NCBI RefSeq assembly: GCF_011745625.1
Contig: NW_027191458.1
Location: forward strand, 372,001 to 436,000
Direction of reading: 5' to 3'
DNA from: Cladosporium halotolerans
Taxonomy: Eukaryota
DNA length: 64,000 nt
Positions within the stretch are counted from its first letter, which is position 1. Each line of letters starts with the position of its first letter. A program made the translations under genes and the position numbers. Shown here piece by piece: positions 53,229 to 64,000 of the stretch. The notes beneath the pieces were generated by a model. It did not search any database and was not told where the DNA came from. It saw only the letters and a program-made list of their open reading frames with translations.

Positions 53229-54014
53229 CTAGGGCTCGACATACGCCTGTGGTTTAACTTCTTCCCAGCCTTTCCAGTCCCGAAGTTCTGACTGCTTGGG
53301 CTGCCATCGCAGCTCGACCTCGCCAAAATAGTTGGCTCCAGCAGCTGTTTGTTTGAAGCCAACGCTTTCGAACAGAGCAATGCTGCGTGCGTTGGACTGG
53401 TTGATCTTCACTCGCAGATACCCCAATGCCCTGGGCGAGGCGTTTCTAGCGTCGTACTCGGCGGCGATCTGCGCCCAAGAGCCAAGGACATAGCTGGTGA
53501 ACGAGACTAATGCGGCGCGACCATAACCCTTCCGATGCAAATCTGTGCGAGCGATCATGAGCTCGATCTCACCCACGATAGCAGTCGACGGCTTTGTGGC
53601 ACTGGGAGCCGGCGAAGTCCCGTCATCGTCCTCATCTTCGTCTTCAGGCTCGAAAAGAAAAAGATTGATGTCGCCGATCATTTGTTCTGGGCTATCTTCG
53701 ATGCCGCCTTTCACGTGTGAGTCATCCGAATTACGCGGAAGGCAGACGATGAAAGTCAATTTGTCGTTGTCGGTTCGCCAGCTTCGTTGCATATCGTACT
53801 CCTCTGTGAGAGAAAGAGGCTCTGATGCTGTGGCGGCTTGGAGCTCGGGGTCTTGCATCCACTCGTGGTAGGTTGGAACATGGTGAGCTGAATAGGGCAC
53901 GAGAAGAGCTTTGCTCGTAGAGAGAGCTGAGTGGAAGATTCAGTCATTCGGCGTCTCATTAGTTTCGAAGTCTTGAGTGGATGATGACTGACCGATGCGC
54001 TCGTTGAGACGCAT
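53229..54014 (-). CDS. NAT9: N-acetyltransferase 9-like protein (GNAT)
   Basis: complement(join(53229..53926,53993..54014)). MRLNE..LLVPY..HHVPTYHEWMQDPEL..TASEPLSLTEEYDMQRSWRTDNDKLTFIV, MIGDINLF, GEIELMIA..RKGYG, NYFGEVEL. Confidence 0.88.
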
Positions 54015-54305
54015 TTTGAAATGTTCAGTCTTCCTGGACGTTCTGAGTTTTCAAAGGCGCATTTCCTTTCTTATAGTGACTGATCTGTTTAATAGTTCCA
54101 ATGTGATTTCTGAAAACGATCGCGAGTCGGTCTCGTTGAACGACGCATCGGTTTTTGCATTTGACGTCCCAAAGAGGCAATCCCATTCGCGGCTGCTTTC
54201 CGTCGCCGAGGCAGCTTCATCCACCAAGACGTCGCCCTGCGTCGCGACAAGCTTGGGCGCATTCGAGACAATCCTCTTGACGTGCGCATCAAAAGCCTCA
54301 CCAAA

Positions 54306-54747
54306 ATGTTTCGCACCACACGACTAGTTGGAACGGCTACGCGCCGCATGCCTGTTTTCCAACGCCGCCTACAGTCAACACAGCAGCCTCCAGAGCCGCC
54401 CAAATCCGAGGAGCCCAAGAGCAACCCTCACGTAAGCGGTCCACGAAGACATTCCAAATGCAAGAAACGATACTGACATTCAATAGCGCGATTTTTACAA
54501 GTACCGAAGCCGACCAGTATTCAAGAGCGTTCTGGTCGCCATCTTCACATACCAGGTCTTGTATTGGGGCTGGCTTAAACTGGAGAGCATGGAGACCAAG
54601 CATAACAAGGAGGGTACGCAAGAGCATGAATGAGCGCGACGCGACACATTGGCGGACACTGGCTGATCTTGGATGGAAGGCGAACTCAGGTCTATTGAAT
54701 CCGAGATTCGGCGTCATGCCCAAGGCAGAAAGAGCGGCTCGACCTAG
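54306..54747 (+). CDS. Small mitochondrial inner-membrane protein, INA17-like
   Basis: join(54306..54431,54487..54613,54680..54747). Arg-rich presequence MFRTTRLVGTATRR, FYK..RPVFKSVLVAIFTYQVLYWGWLKLE (single TM), short coiled-coil. Family call from recalled similarity; last acceptor uncertain. Confidence 0.65.
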
Positions 54748-55432
54748 CGTACACGACGACGATTGAGAAGAAGACATGCCGCCATCCTTCATGTCTGGTG
54801 GTGGGTCACATTACCTACTAGACCAGGCAGTGCAAGTTCGATTCGAGTGGCCGACTATGAATGTATGCCCGCGCGTGCGCGAAAAGCTGCTGCGGCCAGC
54901 CCCTGCACCTAGATTCACCTAGGTTCGCACAAGATGCTGGCACATTGCTCCAACAGGAGACTCCGGAGGATTGTGGGCGAGAGCGCCGAAATGCTCGGAA
55001 CTTTGCGGCAGCCTGCTACCGACTCACGATCACCAATCTGAGACCGAACTTCGGAATAAGATGTTGGGTTTTGCCCTCAACTTCAGATTAGCAGGCTATT
55101 GAGCACCGCTGCCCGGATGAAGGGTCCTCGCGAGGATTACTCAAACCTGTATAGCAACTGTTATACTAAAAAGGAAGAATACTTGTACCATCACTCCATG
55201 TCACTTGACATTTTCCATGAGTTCATAAAAGCGAAACGCTGGGAGATCGCCATGTTCCTAGACAGTGAACTTTCACCGACGTCTCACCTACATGCCAATC
55301 CGCGCTCGAAAATATATGACGAGGATAGGATTTGATGGAGCATTATGATTGCAGCCGTATTATAATTCTCGTGTATCACTGCCGGAGATGTGGACGTCTT
55401 GATGTGCTTGCATTACTCCGTTTGTTCAGACA

Positions 55433-55467
55433 CTATGCTACGCTATGCTACGCTAAGTTATGCTACG
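55433..55467 (+). repeat. Short degenerate 5/10-bp tandem repeat (ctatg/ctacg)n
   Basis: ctatgctacgctatgctacgctaagttatgctacg, downstream of the 1432-aa gene stop. Confidence 0.6.
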
Positions 55468-55624
55468 TGTATACCTGTGTCAACCAGTGACAACAGAAAA
55501 GAACCCAACTCTGCGTCTCCTACCCATTGAAACTCCTATTCCATCCGAGCATTGCATGACAAGCTCCCCAGTGCCCCCCAAAGTTCTCATCCACCAAGCA
55601 AGAGACCATCTAGCTAATCAGTCA

Positions 55625-58600
55625 TCACCGCCCAAAGTACCCCTGCCTCTGCTGCTGCGCCGGCGCCAGGCCGTCCGGGCTCTGACACAAGAAAATCGGC
55701 ACATCCCCGAGATCCACGCCAAAGCTCTCCGCAAGTCTCTGGCCCTTGCGGCGCGTGCCGGTCTCGCCAGTGAGCCTAGTGCCAGCAGAGCCTCCAAAAC
55801 CGCTCTCCCGGTTCCACTCCCAAGCCAAGCCGCCTGAGTAGCGGTCGGCGAGATTGCTCGAGTGGCTGCTGACGGGTCGAGGGCGGCGGGGCTGGGATTT
55901 GGAGCGGGAGCGCTGCCCGTACTGCTGCTGCTGTTGCTGCTGGCGGAAGTTTTGCGGCTGGGGGTCGGGGAAGCGGTGGCGTTGGTGAGGGTTCTTGGGC
56001 TTTGCGCGCACGGTGCCGCCGCAGGAGGAGACGGTTAGGGTGTCGGAGAAGATGGTCGAGAGGCCGTCGGTGCTGCTAGCGGGGCTAAGGGTGCCGTTGG
56101 GGCCCTGTTTAAGGCCGCCGGGGTGGAGTTTGCCCAGGCTGGCGGCGCGAGACTGCTCAGCTTGGAGGGAATGGGCGGTGGGTTCGTAGGCGTAGAAGTT
56201 GCCAGAAGGCGTGCGGACGCGGCCACCAGGGCTACGGGTGCGAGGTAGAGGGGTGTATTGTGAGCTGTAGGCCGAAGAAGCTGCGGTCAAGCCGGAGACT
56301 GTGCGAGACTGGACAGGTCTCACAGGGCGGGAAGCAAACGCAGTGGGCAAGTCCTGGTATTTCGGCACGGTGCCGTTCGAGGACGCGCTCGAGTAGGCGC
56401 TGTCTGTTCTTGGGATATCAAAGCCCGACGGACAGGCTCCATCGTCGTCGAGCAGACTGCGGTAAAGGTCGGCATGACGGGCGGCCTCGCTTGTAGGGTC
56501 GGGGGTGGTGTATGAGCGGGCTGCCACGTTGCCCATTGGCGTGATGTAGCGTGAGACGACGATATCCGGCGACGCGAGTGGAGGCGCAGCGCAGACTTCT
56601 GAACCATCATCACTGAAGGCGTACGAGGAGTTTGGAAGATATGTTCCAAGTGACTTTCTGCGCTCACGCCAGAGCTCTGATTGACTTTCGCGGCTCGGCT
56701 GCTCTGCTTCCTGCTCTTGCGTCGGCGATGCTGCTTGTTGAATATTTCCGCGGCCTGCAGTGCTGGGCCGGGAGTCTGTGCCTGTCATGCTGGACTGCTC
56801 GGAACCCAAGCCCTGTAGTTCGCGAAGGGCGTTCTGCCTCCCCTCCGACTTCGATGTTCGAGCGGCATGTTGACCAGTTTCGGCTTCACGATCGATTGCC
56901 ATTCTCTCCTCGAGCCTCCTTTCCTGTTCTTCGCGCTCCATCACAGCTCTCTTGACTCTACCGATGTTTGGTGAGGAAGCAGCAGAATTCTGAGCCGACT
57001 GCACAGCAGATTCATTCGACAAGTCAACCGACTGCTGGACACCGTCCTTTTTCTTTTTCTGCATCATCTTGTTGGCTTTCGCAGCCTTTGCCGCAACGTC
57101 GACGGGAATGTCGGGCATCGGCGGGATGCTGTCAGCATACATGCTGAACGGTCTACGTGCAAGATCGGGACGCGGAAGGGCGGAGGCAGGTTCGGGAGAG
57201 CTTTCTTTGCTGTGCCAGCCAGGAACAAAGTCTTCCACCGATCTGCCAGACTTCGGCGGACCGACACTTGGACTTCGGCTGTGACTCTGTGCATTCGATT
57301 TCTTGGGCGTCGCCATGCGAGGTCGATCATGGCTTGCAGCGCGCTCGTGGCCAGCCACGTCACGACTCTTTGAGCGGGCGAGTTCGGAAGCCATGGCCTC
57401 CGTCATTCCCATTGATTTCGACTTTTGTTTGAGGGGAGGGCCAGTCCGCCAGGTCTCGGTACCTCGTTCCCTGCTACCGCCACGGTCAGGCTGAGCTCTG
57501 GGAGTGTCGTATCCTGAGGGTGCGTTGCTGCTTGTCACCGAAGCAAAGTCATTGCGTGTCGGTGTATTGCAATCGGCGGAGTCGATGCTCGCCCGCCGTC
57601 TTCGACTGCGACTGCGGCTCAGACTTCGCAAAAACTGGAACCGGCCGCCTCTTTCTGTACCTTCCTGGTCATCAGTCGTTTCGCGGCCGCGAGCATTCGC
57701 CGTGCGGCCTCGGCTAGCACTGCGATTGCGCTGGAAAGGATTTTTGCGGGCTCCGGACGGAGCGTTAACCTTCACGTTGCGTCCGGATTCCCGAGAGCCG
57801 TCATCCCAATAATTCTGGGTCTCGGACGCGCTGCGGTTGATCTCCTGGTCTTCGGATGGTTGGAAGTATCGTTGGTCCAGTGACTTGTTCATGTCGTCTG
57901 ACACAAGTGGGCACTCGTTCACGAAAATCTCACTAGTAGGCCTCACGCGGAAGCTCTTCTCTCTCCTGATGCGCTCCGGCTCTGGCATAGGTTTGCGCAG
58001 TTTTCGTTTTGGCTTTGATGACTTTCCGGAGCCGTTGGTCGACGTCAAAGAGGTCAAAGAATCATTTGACGCAAGGTTCCCTGCTGGAAGACTCATGCGC
58101 TTGCTAGGGGCCTTGTCCCGAAGTCCCAGGAAGGCTGGCAAATCCTTCTTTGGAATGTCTGCTGCAGCGCCTGAAGAGTTTGCAGGGTTGGCAGTCGAGA
58201 AGATCTCTTCTGAGGGTGTCTTCGCTGACGAGATGAATTCCGAAAAGGTGTACAAACTACCAGCGTCTCCGTCGGCCTTAGCTGCAAGACCATCCTGTCT
58301 CGAAGTAAGATCGTCCCGAGGTACCATGTCGTGCGCGCGCGGGGTCTCTTGTGAAAGTTTCGGAGAAGAGTCTTGATTTTGAGAGGACGCATCAGAAGAT
58401 CCGTATCCACTGTCGACATTTGAAGCCGAGTCAGGTCTTTGGCTGTTCAAGGATTTTGCAGATTTGATCGATCGGGGCTCTCGTGGGCCTAGAGGCCGTG
58501 GTTCGCCAGTCAATTTTGCCCACGCGTGATTTGGTGTTCCAGGCGAGTCTTCGCCCGATTCAGGCTCGCCAAATACCGTACTTAGCCTTGAGGCGAACTG

Positions 58601-59923
58601 GGCAACGGTTGTCTTTGATCCGTTGAGGCTGCTGCTATCTTCGCTCAGGGAAGCTCGGTTTGACGAAGGTGGCGTATCCGTGTTGTTTGTATGTTGCCGG
58701 GGAAATGGCGGTCGTGCGAGCACGAAAGCAGGAGATTCATTGGATGCGCGGTCATTGCTCTCCGGCTCCTGGGGTTCTGCGGGAGTGGCTTCCAACACCA
58801 GCGAATCAAGATTCGGAACTTGGTTGACCGAGGCATCCGAACTTCTGCGCGAATCAGATGGAGGTGGTGGCAAAGGGCGGCTTGGTTTCCTTTGTTCGCT
58901 GTGGAGTAGGCGATGCACACCGGGAAAAGACTCGGTCAAGGCGGGTTTCGTGCCGTTTGGTGTGAAATGAGGATCAATCGGGCTATCAGAGAAATTGTCG
59001 TAAGTTGAAATTGGTTCCAGCTGAGTGGCCTGTCGAAACATCTGTGTCGGATCTGGGGAGGCAGCACCATTGGTAACACGCAGAGTGCCCGTCCGGTAAG
59101 CTCCGGTCTGCGAATATTCCTGGTCGCTTGGCGTCGTGGAACGATTGGCCGTGTCATCATGAAAATTGTGTACTACTTCAGGAACAGTTGCGTTGCCAAC
59201 GGATGCCGATCGTCTCGCAGACGACTGTCGTACTCCTGAATCTTGACGTCGTACCGACTCTGGCTGCCGGACCTCATCGCCCAGTCTCTTAAGCAGATCA
59301 TCTCCAGGTTCTCCGCGTGTGTTCAACCCTGGAGGCAACTTCGAGTTTCGCTGTGACGGGTACTGAACAGCGCGGTGCTCGTCTCGCGGCAGCGAGCCGT
59401 CAATGCCGCTGTCCCCTTGTCTTGCTTGAGGCAGCAACGCCCGATGCAAAGCGACCAGCTCTTCCGGCGTCGCCGTCTTCTTCAGCTCTTGCAGAAGGTT
59501 GATCGCAGACGCAATGTCCATGCCTGGAGCTTCGTGGACGACTGAGAGTTGTCGAGCCAGCGGGCTGGGGCTGTTCAGCGATGATGATGCCGATTTCGTG
59601 CTTGCGCTGGAGTTGGCAGCGGCAGTGGTAATCGCCTTGGGGTAGCGATCCTTGACACCCATATCTGCGGAGTCGCTAGATGATCGACGGAAGGTTTCGA
59701 GTGAGAGCCTCCTTGTGGCTTCCGGAATCTGTTGCAGCTGTTGTTTCAAGTTCTTGGGGCCATTTTTGTTAGTTTCTCGCTGCGAGGGCCTCTTGGAAGA
59801 CGACGACGAAGACGAAGACGAAGACGACCGGCCAGGTCGGGAGAAGTTTGTCGAGGTATGATCATGTGTCTTCGGTTTCGAAAGCAGTGTCTTCGCCTTT
59901 GGTGGCGAGGGAACATAGCCCAT
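55625..59923 (-). CDS. Large S/R/P-rich hypothetical protein (1432 aa)
   Basis: Intronless 1432-aa ORF, mostly low complexity, with ordered-looking islands: MDIASAINLLQELKKTATPEELVALHRALLP, GAYRTGTLRVTNGAASP, RYSGGL..GFGGSAGTR..FGVDLGDVPIFL. Confidence 0.8.
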   Translation of the reverse strand: MGYVPSPPKAKTLLSKPKTHDHTSTNFSRPGRSSSSSSSSSSSKRPSQRETNKNGPKNLKQQLQQIPEATRRLSLETFRRSSSDSADMGVKDRYPKAITTAAANSSASTKSASSSLNSPSPLARQLSVVHEAPGMDIASAINLLQELKKTATPEELVALHRALLPQARQGDSGIDGSLPRDEHRAVQYPSQRNSKLPPGLNTRGEPGDDLLKRLGDEVRQPESVRRQDSGVRQSSARRSASVGNATVPEVVHNFHDDTANRSTTPSDQEYSQTGAYRTGTLRVTNGAASPDPTQMFRQATQLEPISTYDNFSDSPIDPHFTPNGTKPALTESFPGVHRLLHSEQRKPSRPLPPPPSDSRRSSDASVNQVPNLDSLVLEATPAEPQEPESNDRASNESPAFVLARPPFPRQHTNNTDTPPSSNRASLSEDSSSLNGSKTTVAQFASRLSTVFGEPESGEDSPGTPNHAWAKLTGEPRPLGPREPRSIKSAKSLNSQRPDSASNVDSGYGSSDASSQNQDSSPKLSQETPRAHDMVPRDDLTSRQDGLAAKADGDAGSLYTFSEFISSAKTPSEEIFSTANPANSSGAAADIPKKDLPAFLGLRDKAPSKRMSLPAGNLASNDSLTSLTSTNGSGKSSKPKRKLRKPMPEPERIRREKSFRVRPTSEIFVNECPLVSDDMNKSLDQRYFQPSEDQEINRSASETQNYWDDGSRESGRNVKVNAPSGARKNPFQRNRSASRGRTANARGRETTDDQEGTERGGRFQFLRSLSRSRSRRRRASIDSADCNTPTRNDFASVTSSNAPSGYDTPRAQPDRGGSRERGTETWRTGPPLKQKSKSMGMTEAMASELARSKSRDVAGHERAASHDRPRMATPKKSNAQSHSRSPSVGPPKSGRSVEDFVPGWHSKESSPEPASALPRPDLARRPFSMYADSIPPMPDIPVDVAAKAAKANKMMQKKKKDGVQQSVDLSNESAVQSAQNSAASSPNIGRVKRAVMEREEQERRLEERMAIDREAETGQHAARTSKSEGRQNALRELQGLGSEQSSMTGTDSRPSTAGRGNIQQAASPTQEQEAEQPSRESQSELWRERRKSLGTYLPNSSYAFSDDGSEVCAAPPLASPDIVVSRYITPMGNVAARSYTTPDPTSEAARHADLYRSLLDDDGACPSGFDIPRTDSAYSSASSNGTVPKYQDLPTAFASRPVRPVQSRTVSGLTAASSAYSSQYTPLPRTRSPGGRVRTPSGNFYAYEPTAHSLQAEQSRAASLGKLHPGGLKQGPNGTLSPASSTDGLSTIFSDTLTVSSCGGTVRAKPKNPHQRHRFPDPQPQNFRQQQQQQQYGQRSRSKSQPRRPRPVSSHSSNLADRYSGGLAWEWNRESGFGGSAGTRLTGETGTRRKGQRLAESFGVDLGDVPIFLCQSPDGLAPAQQQRQGYFGR

Positions 59924-61531
59924 CGTGAGACAATACCGCCGTTGGTTGGTTGCTAGGGCGTCGCTGCTAGGGCGGAACTTTATTATCGCTAGCCGTTGGT
60001 AGAGAGGTGCAGTGAGGCGCTCAAGGTGACATTGCAGCGACGGTCGGACACCCAGATACAGGTCTCGGTCTCACAGTGTCGAGGAGTGAAGGGTGCCAGG
60101 TTGGCGATGTTCCTGCTGCGAGGTTTGCGGATTGCAAGGCCGAAGTATTGACTGACGACTTCCTTGGACGGGCCAGCGATGATGCCAGCGGCCCGGCGCT
60201 TCGCCCGCGTTTCAGCTAGAGCTCTGGTAAACCTCCAGAGCAAATGCACCCAAGTGGGGCTCAGCCTCTCCAATTTCGAGGTGTCGCGTTGCCGTGGTCG
60301 GTCGTTTCACCAAGAGCGTTCACGAAGTTGGTGATACGCCCGTCCTGTCGACCTGTGTCCGGTGGCCGACCAGTATATACATGTATGTGCAGACCATACG
60401 CTTACTTGCATGTTGAAAACTCGTTCACCACTCCGCCGTCCCTCCGAGATCAGCGGTTAGGATGCTGACGGCGCACTGTAAACACAATCCTTGTAGCTTC
60501 GGCCGCTATCCACGTACCCTGGCCAACCGCTTGCTCCCAGCCACAGTGTTGCGCCACCCGCGCTATCGATGCTGCGGTGCATGCACAGGAGCTATGAACT
60601 CCTCGCGCCAGATCGCCTCGGTCGCTGGCTTCTAACGCTGCAGATCTCGATGCCAATCGCATGCAGCACTGCCCAGTGCATGCTGCTATGCGGATTTCCC
60701 ACTTCGTGCCCCGGCGTGTCGGCTTTCCGGCCGCTTCCCGGTTCCCAAAGCAGGCTTGCCCGGTTACCAGCAGGTACCCACTGCGCCTGGCCAAGCTTCA
60801 GAGTCCACACATGTGCTGCCGCGAGCCCCGAAGTTGGCAGGACTCTCGCGCTAGCACATGAGGTGAGCAGCCGCGTACCGCTGCTGTCTTCTGGATCATG
60901 ACGACGCCTTGTTGGCCTGACCCCGACTCTCAACCGTCGTTCGCCATTATATTCGGGGTCTGCTATTGTTGACTGGCATGGCCACATGGCGTAATTGTCC
61001 GCGGGCATCCGGGCGTCCAGAGTTCCATGGCGAAGTTTGACCTGTCGAGCCTGTGTGTTGGCTTGCCCTGATTGCCTAGCCCTGCTTTGATTGCATTTGA
61101 TCATACTGATGCGATAACGAGCATCTACACGCGGCGGATGAAATTGAAGGGCTGATCTCAGGAGTGTCCACCGGGATTCATATCTGCTTCCTGCATAGGT
61201 CAATATCGCACAATCTGCGATGTCCTTGTTGACACATGTGCGCGCAGATTGCGCTTCCCTATTGTGCGCTCCTTAGGCGCGAGGAGTGTCGTGGTCGCTT
61301 CATGCCGATGGCGGTGATGGTGTTCTTTTTCTTTTCTAGCATGCCAACAATGGCTATGGAAAGTATCCGCGGCAGCACTGCTAAGAACTACAGAGGACTC
61401 GACATGCCGAAAGCTGTAGCTGCTGCTTATGCTCCTGCTCATATGTGTTGACGCTCCCTTATTTTCCACAGCAGCTCCAGTGGGCTAGCCTGTTCTGGAC
61501 CCGATATGAACCTCTTATCCTGACGAAGGCG

Positions 61532-62104
61532 TCATGGTTGACACAAGATGCTGCATCGACCCAGGGACGGAACAAGCAGCCGCTGCCATCGAGGACGGCT
61601 CTGCTCAGTGACAAGACTTATCTTTTGGAATTGGGCCCCTCGTTCATGGAAACCGGAAAGGATTGCCGACTTTGTGGATAACGCAATGAGCGCCCTCTCG
61701 TACGATGCGAGACTCATACCGGCCTTTGGAATGACGAGTGGTTTGAAGTTGTCAAGAGAGCTTCTCTCCCGGATGTATCGATGGTGTAGTTCTTCGCTGA
61801 CTTTCCACGGACCTATCACGACGGTCGATCCTGGCCAACCCGTTTGAAGTTGATTTGCTAGCTTGTCAAGTGAGGGCTTGTCGAGTTTCGCTGGCGGCTG
61901 TCTGTTTTCCGGACGAGCTGCCAATGTCGGCGACAGCATCGTAATCGGCGTCGACGCCGACTTCCTACCGCGTTTGCTGCGAAGCAACCGATGGGGAGGA
62001 GAATGCGTAATGCCATCGAAGTCTCGCCCAATGGATCGAGCGATTTCCGCCTTCCAGTCCGCGGACCACCAGGCCAGGCGGACCGACGGCTTTGCCAGTG
62101 CCAT
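61532..62104 (-). CDS. Possible hypothetical protein (about 190 aa)
   Basis: ORF from ATG 62104 (context gcaATGG), with a CT-rich tract upstream at about 62465-62490 on the minus strand; no recognisable domain. Confidence 0.3.
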   Translation of the reverse strand: MALAKPSVRLAWWSADWKAEIARSIGRDFDGITHSPPHRLLRSKRGRKSASTPITMLSPTLAARPENRQPPAKLDKPSLDKLANQLQTGWPGSTVVIGPWKVSEELHHRYIRERSSLDNFKPLVIPKAGMSLASYERALIALSTKSAILSGFHERGAQFQKISLVTEQSRPRWQRLLVPSLGRCSILCQP

Positions 62105-62526
62105 TGCCTTCGTTGGAAGATTACTACACGTCGCAAGACATATGTCTGATGTATTGACAAGGGTCTGACAAAGACCAGACCCGGTCACATGCACTCAATG
62201 AAGAGGCAAGTGGGGGGAAGTATTAAAAGGGGGCCGGCAAATGCCAGGTCCCAGGAGGCCGCAACACCGACAGGCTCGAGTGAGCAAGTCGGGTGCTGGC
62301 ATGCCGCAACACCAGCAAGCCCAAATGAGCGAGCCGGGTGCAGGCAGACTGCGCGCACCTCTCACGCTCTGGGGAGACGCTCGAGGGCGCAGTCAGGGGG
62401 TGAGCGCGGCACGTTTACTTCAGGATTGTGTGAGCATGGGAGGTCACACTGCTGAAAACCGCGCTGGAGAGAGAAGGAGGAGAAGAGAGGCGGCGTCGAA
62501 AAGCTGCGACTTCTCTATGGCAGTCT

Positions 62527-62543
62527 CGCGCGCGCGCGCGCGC
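62527..62543. repeat. (CG)8 dinucleotide tract, potential Z-DNA
   Basis: cgcgcgcgcgcgcgcgc, seen directly. Confidence 0.85.
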
Positions 62544-63375
62544 TCTTGGCGGGTCGCGAGAGTGAACAAGACAAAAGCTGTGGGACGGCGGCTCACGCTA
62601 CAGCGCAGCAACTGGCACAGCCTCTTGTGAAATCTCAATGGCGATTTTACTCAATAGTCAGACGCTTTATGTCTTGATGGCACGGTCTGGGAGATTGGAT
62701 TGAAAAAAGGAAGCAGCGCCCGTGGCACCGATAGTTGGCATGAGGGTTGCGCTCACACGAGGCTGGGTCTAATAGGTGCAATGTGAAGGGTCACGACCAC
62801 GAGATAAGGATTCTTTCGTAGGATATCAGCATGCGGCCAAGGCTGTCGACAACGCCGGGTGATCTGGGTTCTATGAGAGAGCGTCGTGGACGACCGCTCT
62901 GGACCGCAAGTATCTAGGATCACACTTGTGTCTGTTTCAACTGCTGGTTTTCACGCTGGTGGATTGTCATCACCCTCTCAAGTTTGCGATACGTATCTTC
63001 CCTCTCGATTTTGATGGTATAGCTCGTCTTTCTGTCTCCCGAAAAGTCTTCTCTTGTCCCAATGGGGATGACGTGAGATCAGAGCGACTGAGTTGGCGAT
63101 GTTGTCTTCTAGCCCAAAGTTTGGCCTCATGCGACGACGCTCCTTGAGCGGCAGCATAGGCTCTTTCACTTTGTGGACAGTTACTGGAACGGGCACTTGA
63201 CAGGTTTTCGGCGAGGATGCTGCGCGAATGCTTCAACAACGCCGATTGCGGATTCAGAGACACAGTCAGGGGTATCAAAAGCAAGTGATTCGAGTATGTG
63301 CAATGTGGCCAGACCGATACAACCCATAGTCTATAGAAGCTTCTCGCGTGCGAGCCTCGGGCTTCATAAAATCAC

Positions 63376-64000
63376 TCAACTCTGCCGTGAAGACGAATTG
63401 GTGGATGAAAGATCGAGGGAATACCTGTCTTGGGTACTCCTTTCGGCTGTGAAAGGTAGCTGAAATCCCGTGACATTGTCGCTGTCATGGTGTGTTTGGT
63501 ACCGTATCACAGACTGTTTGAAAAGAATCTTGTCTGCCGAACCAAGGGTTAGATGGCAATCCTATGAAAGATACGACGCTGGATCTGACTCACCAGCTGC
63601 ACTTCGGAATTGTATTGTGATCACTTTCTCTCGAGATCCCTTCGGACTGTGATGTGCGCCTGAAATTTGGGTGCGCTCTGGTGATGACGCTTGCATCGAG
63701 TTGAGGTGCAGCATCCCCCCTTCCTGGTAGGAAATCAATTTGACACTCGCTTTGCTGTCTCCATAACTCTCGGAAGGGTCTTCTCTTGGGACTAAAGGTG
63801 TAGTCAGCAGGTGTAAACGTCCTCAACGATGTCTAAAGGGGAGGCTTACGTCGACCAGTGATCCAACAAGGCTTCTGTGGCCTTGGGTTTCTCATTCTAA
63901 AAGTCAGTGCAGCAGTTCCACTGCCTTCATGAACCCAGAAAAACAGATCAGCCATGCCGTGGCGATGCGGGAAGGGCTTTCTCTTTACAGAGAGGTCACT
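63376..64000 (-). CDS. 3' part of a multi-intron hypothetical gene, probably running off the window end
   Basis: Exons 63850-63896, 63594-63791 and 63376-63533. Introns 63792-63849 (GTAAGC..GCTGAC..TAG) and 63534-63593 (GTGAGT..TCTAAC..CAG); a probable further intron at 63897-63988. The frame stays open across both junctions (..KVITIQFRSAADKILFKQSVIRYQ..). Confidence 0.6.

Overview
Gene-dense, GC-rich eukaryotic DNA from a filamentous ascomycete. Short GT..CTRAC..YAG introns and gene content suggest a Dothideomycete, possibly Mycosphaerellales (inference). Most genes are housekeeping: a DH-BAR-SH3 RhoGEF, Phe-type DAHP synthase (ARO3), an HCNGP/SAP30BP-like protein, LYS1, GFA1, RPT4, RRP9, a SAM+HMG-box protein, PXR1, an RRM+YTH protein, STT4 PI 4-kinase, an RGD2-like RhoGAP, a NAT9-like and an INA17-like gene. 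Two accessory-type genes (an actinobacterial-looking GNAT and a Pth11-like membrane protein) and several hypothetical genes are also present. I saw no transposon, RIP-like AT-rich block, tRNA/rRNA or secondary-metabolite backbone gene, and no convincing novel multi-gene system. The best leads are: spliced genes hidden from the ORF track (9119-9732, 38108-38637, 63376-64000); a YTH gene with a spliced uORF and two in-frame, stop-free introns; the bacterial-like GNAT; and repeated abrupt C-rich to G-rich strand-skew switches. All exon coordinates were derived by hand and no database searches were run.
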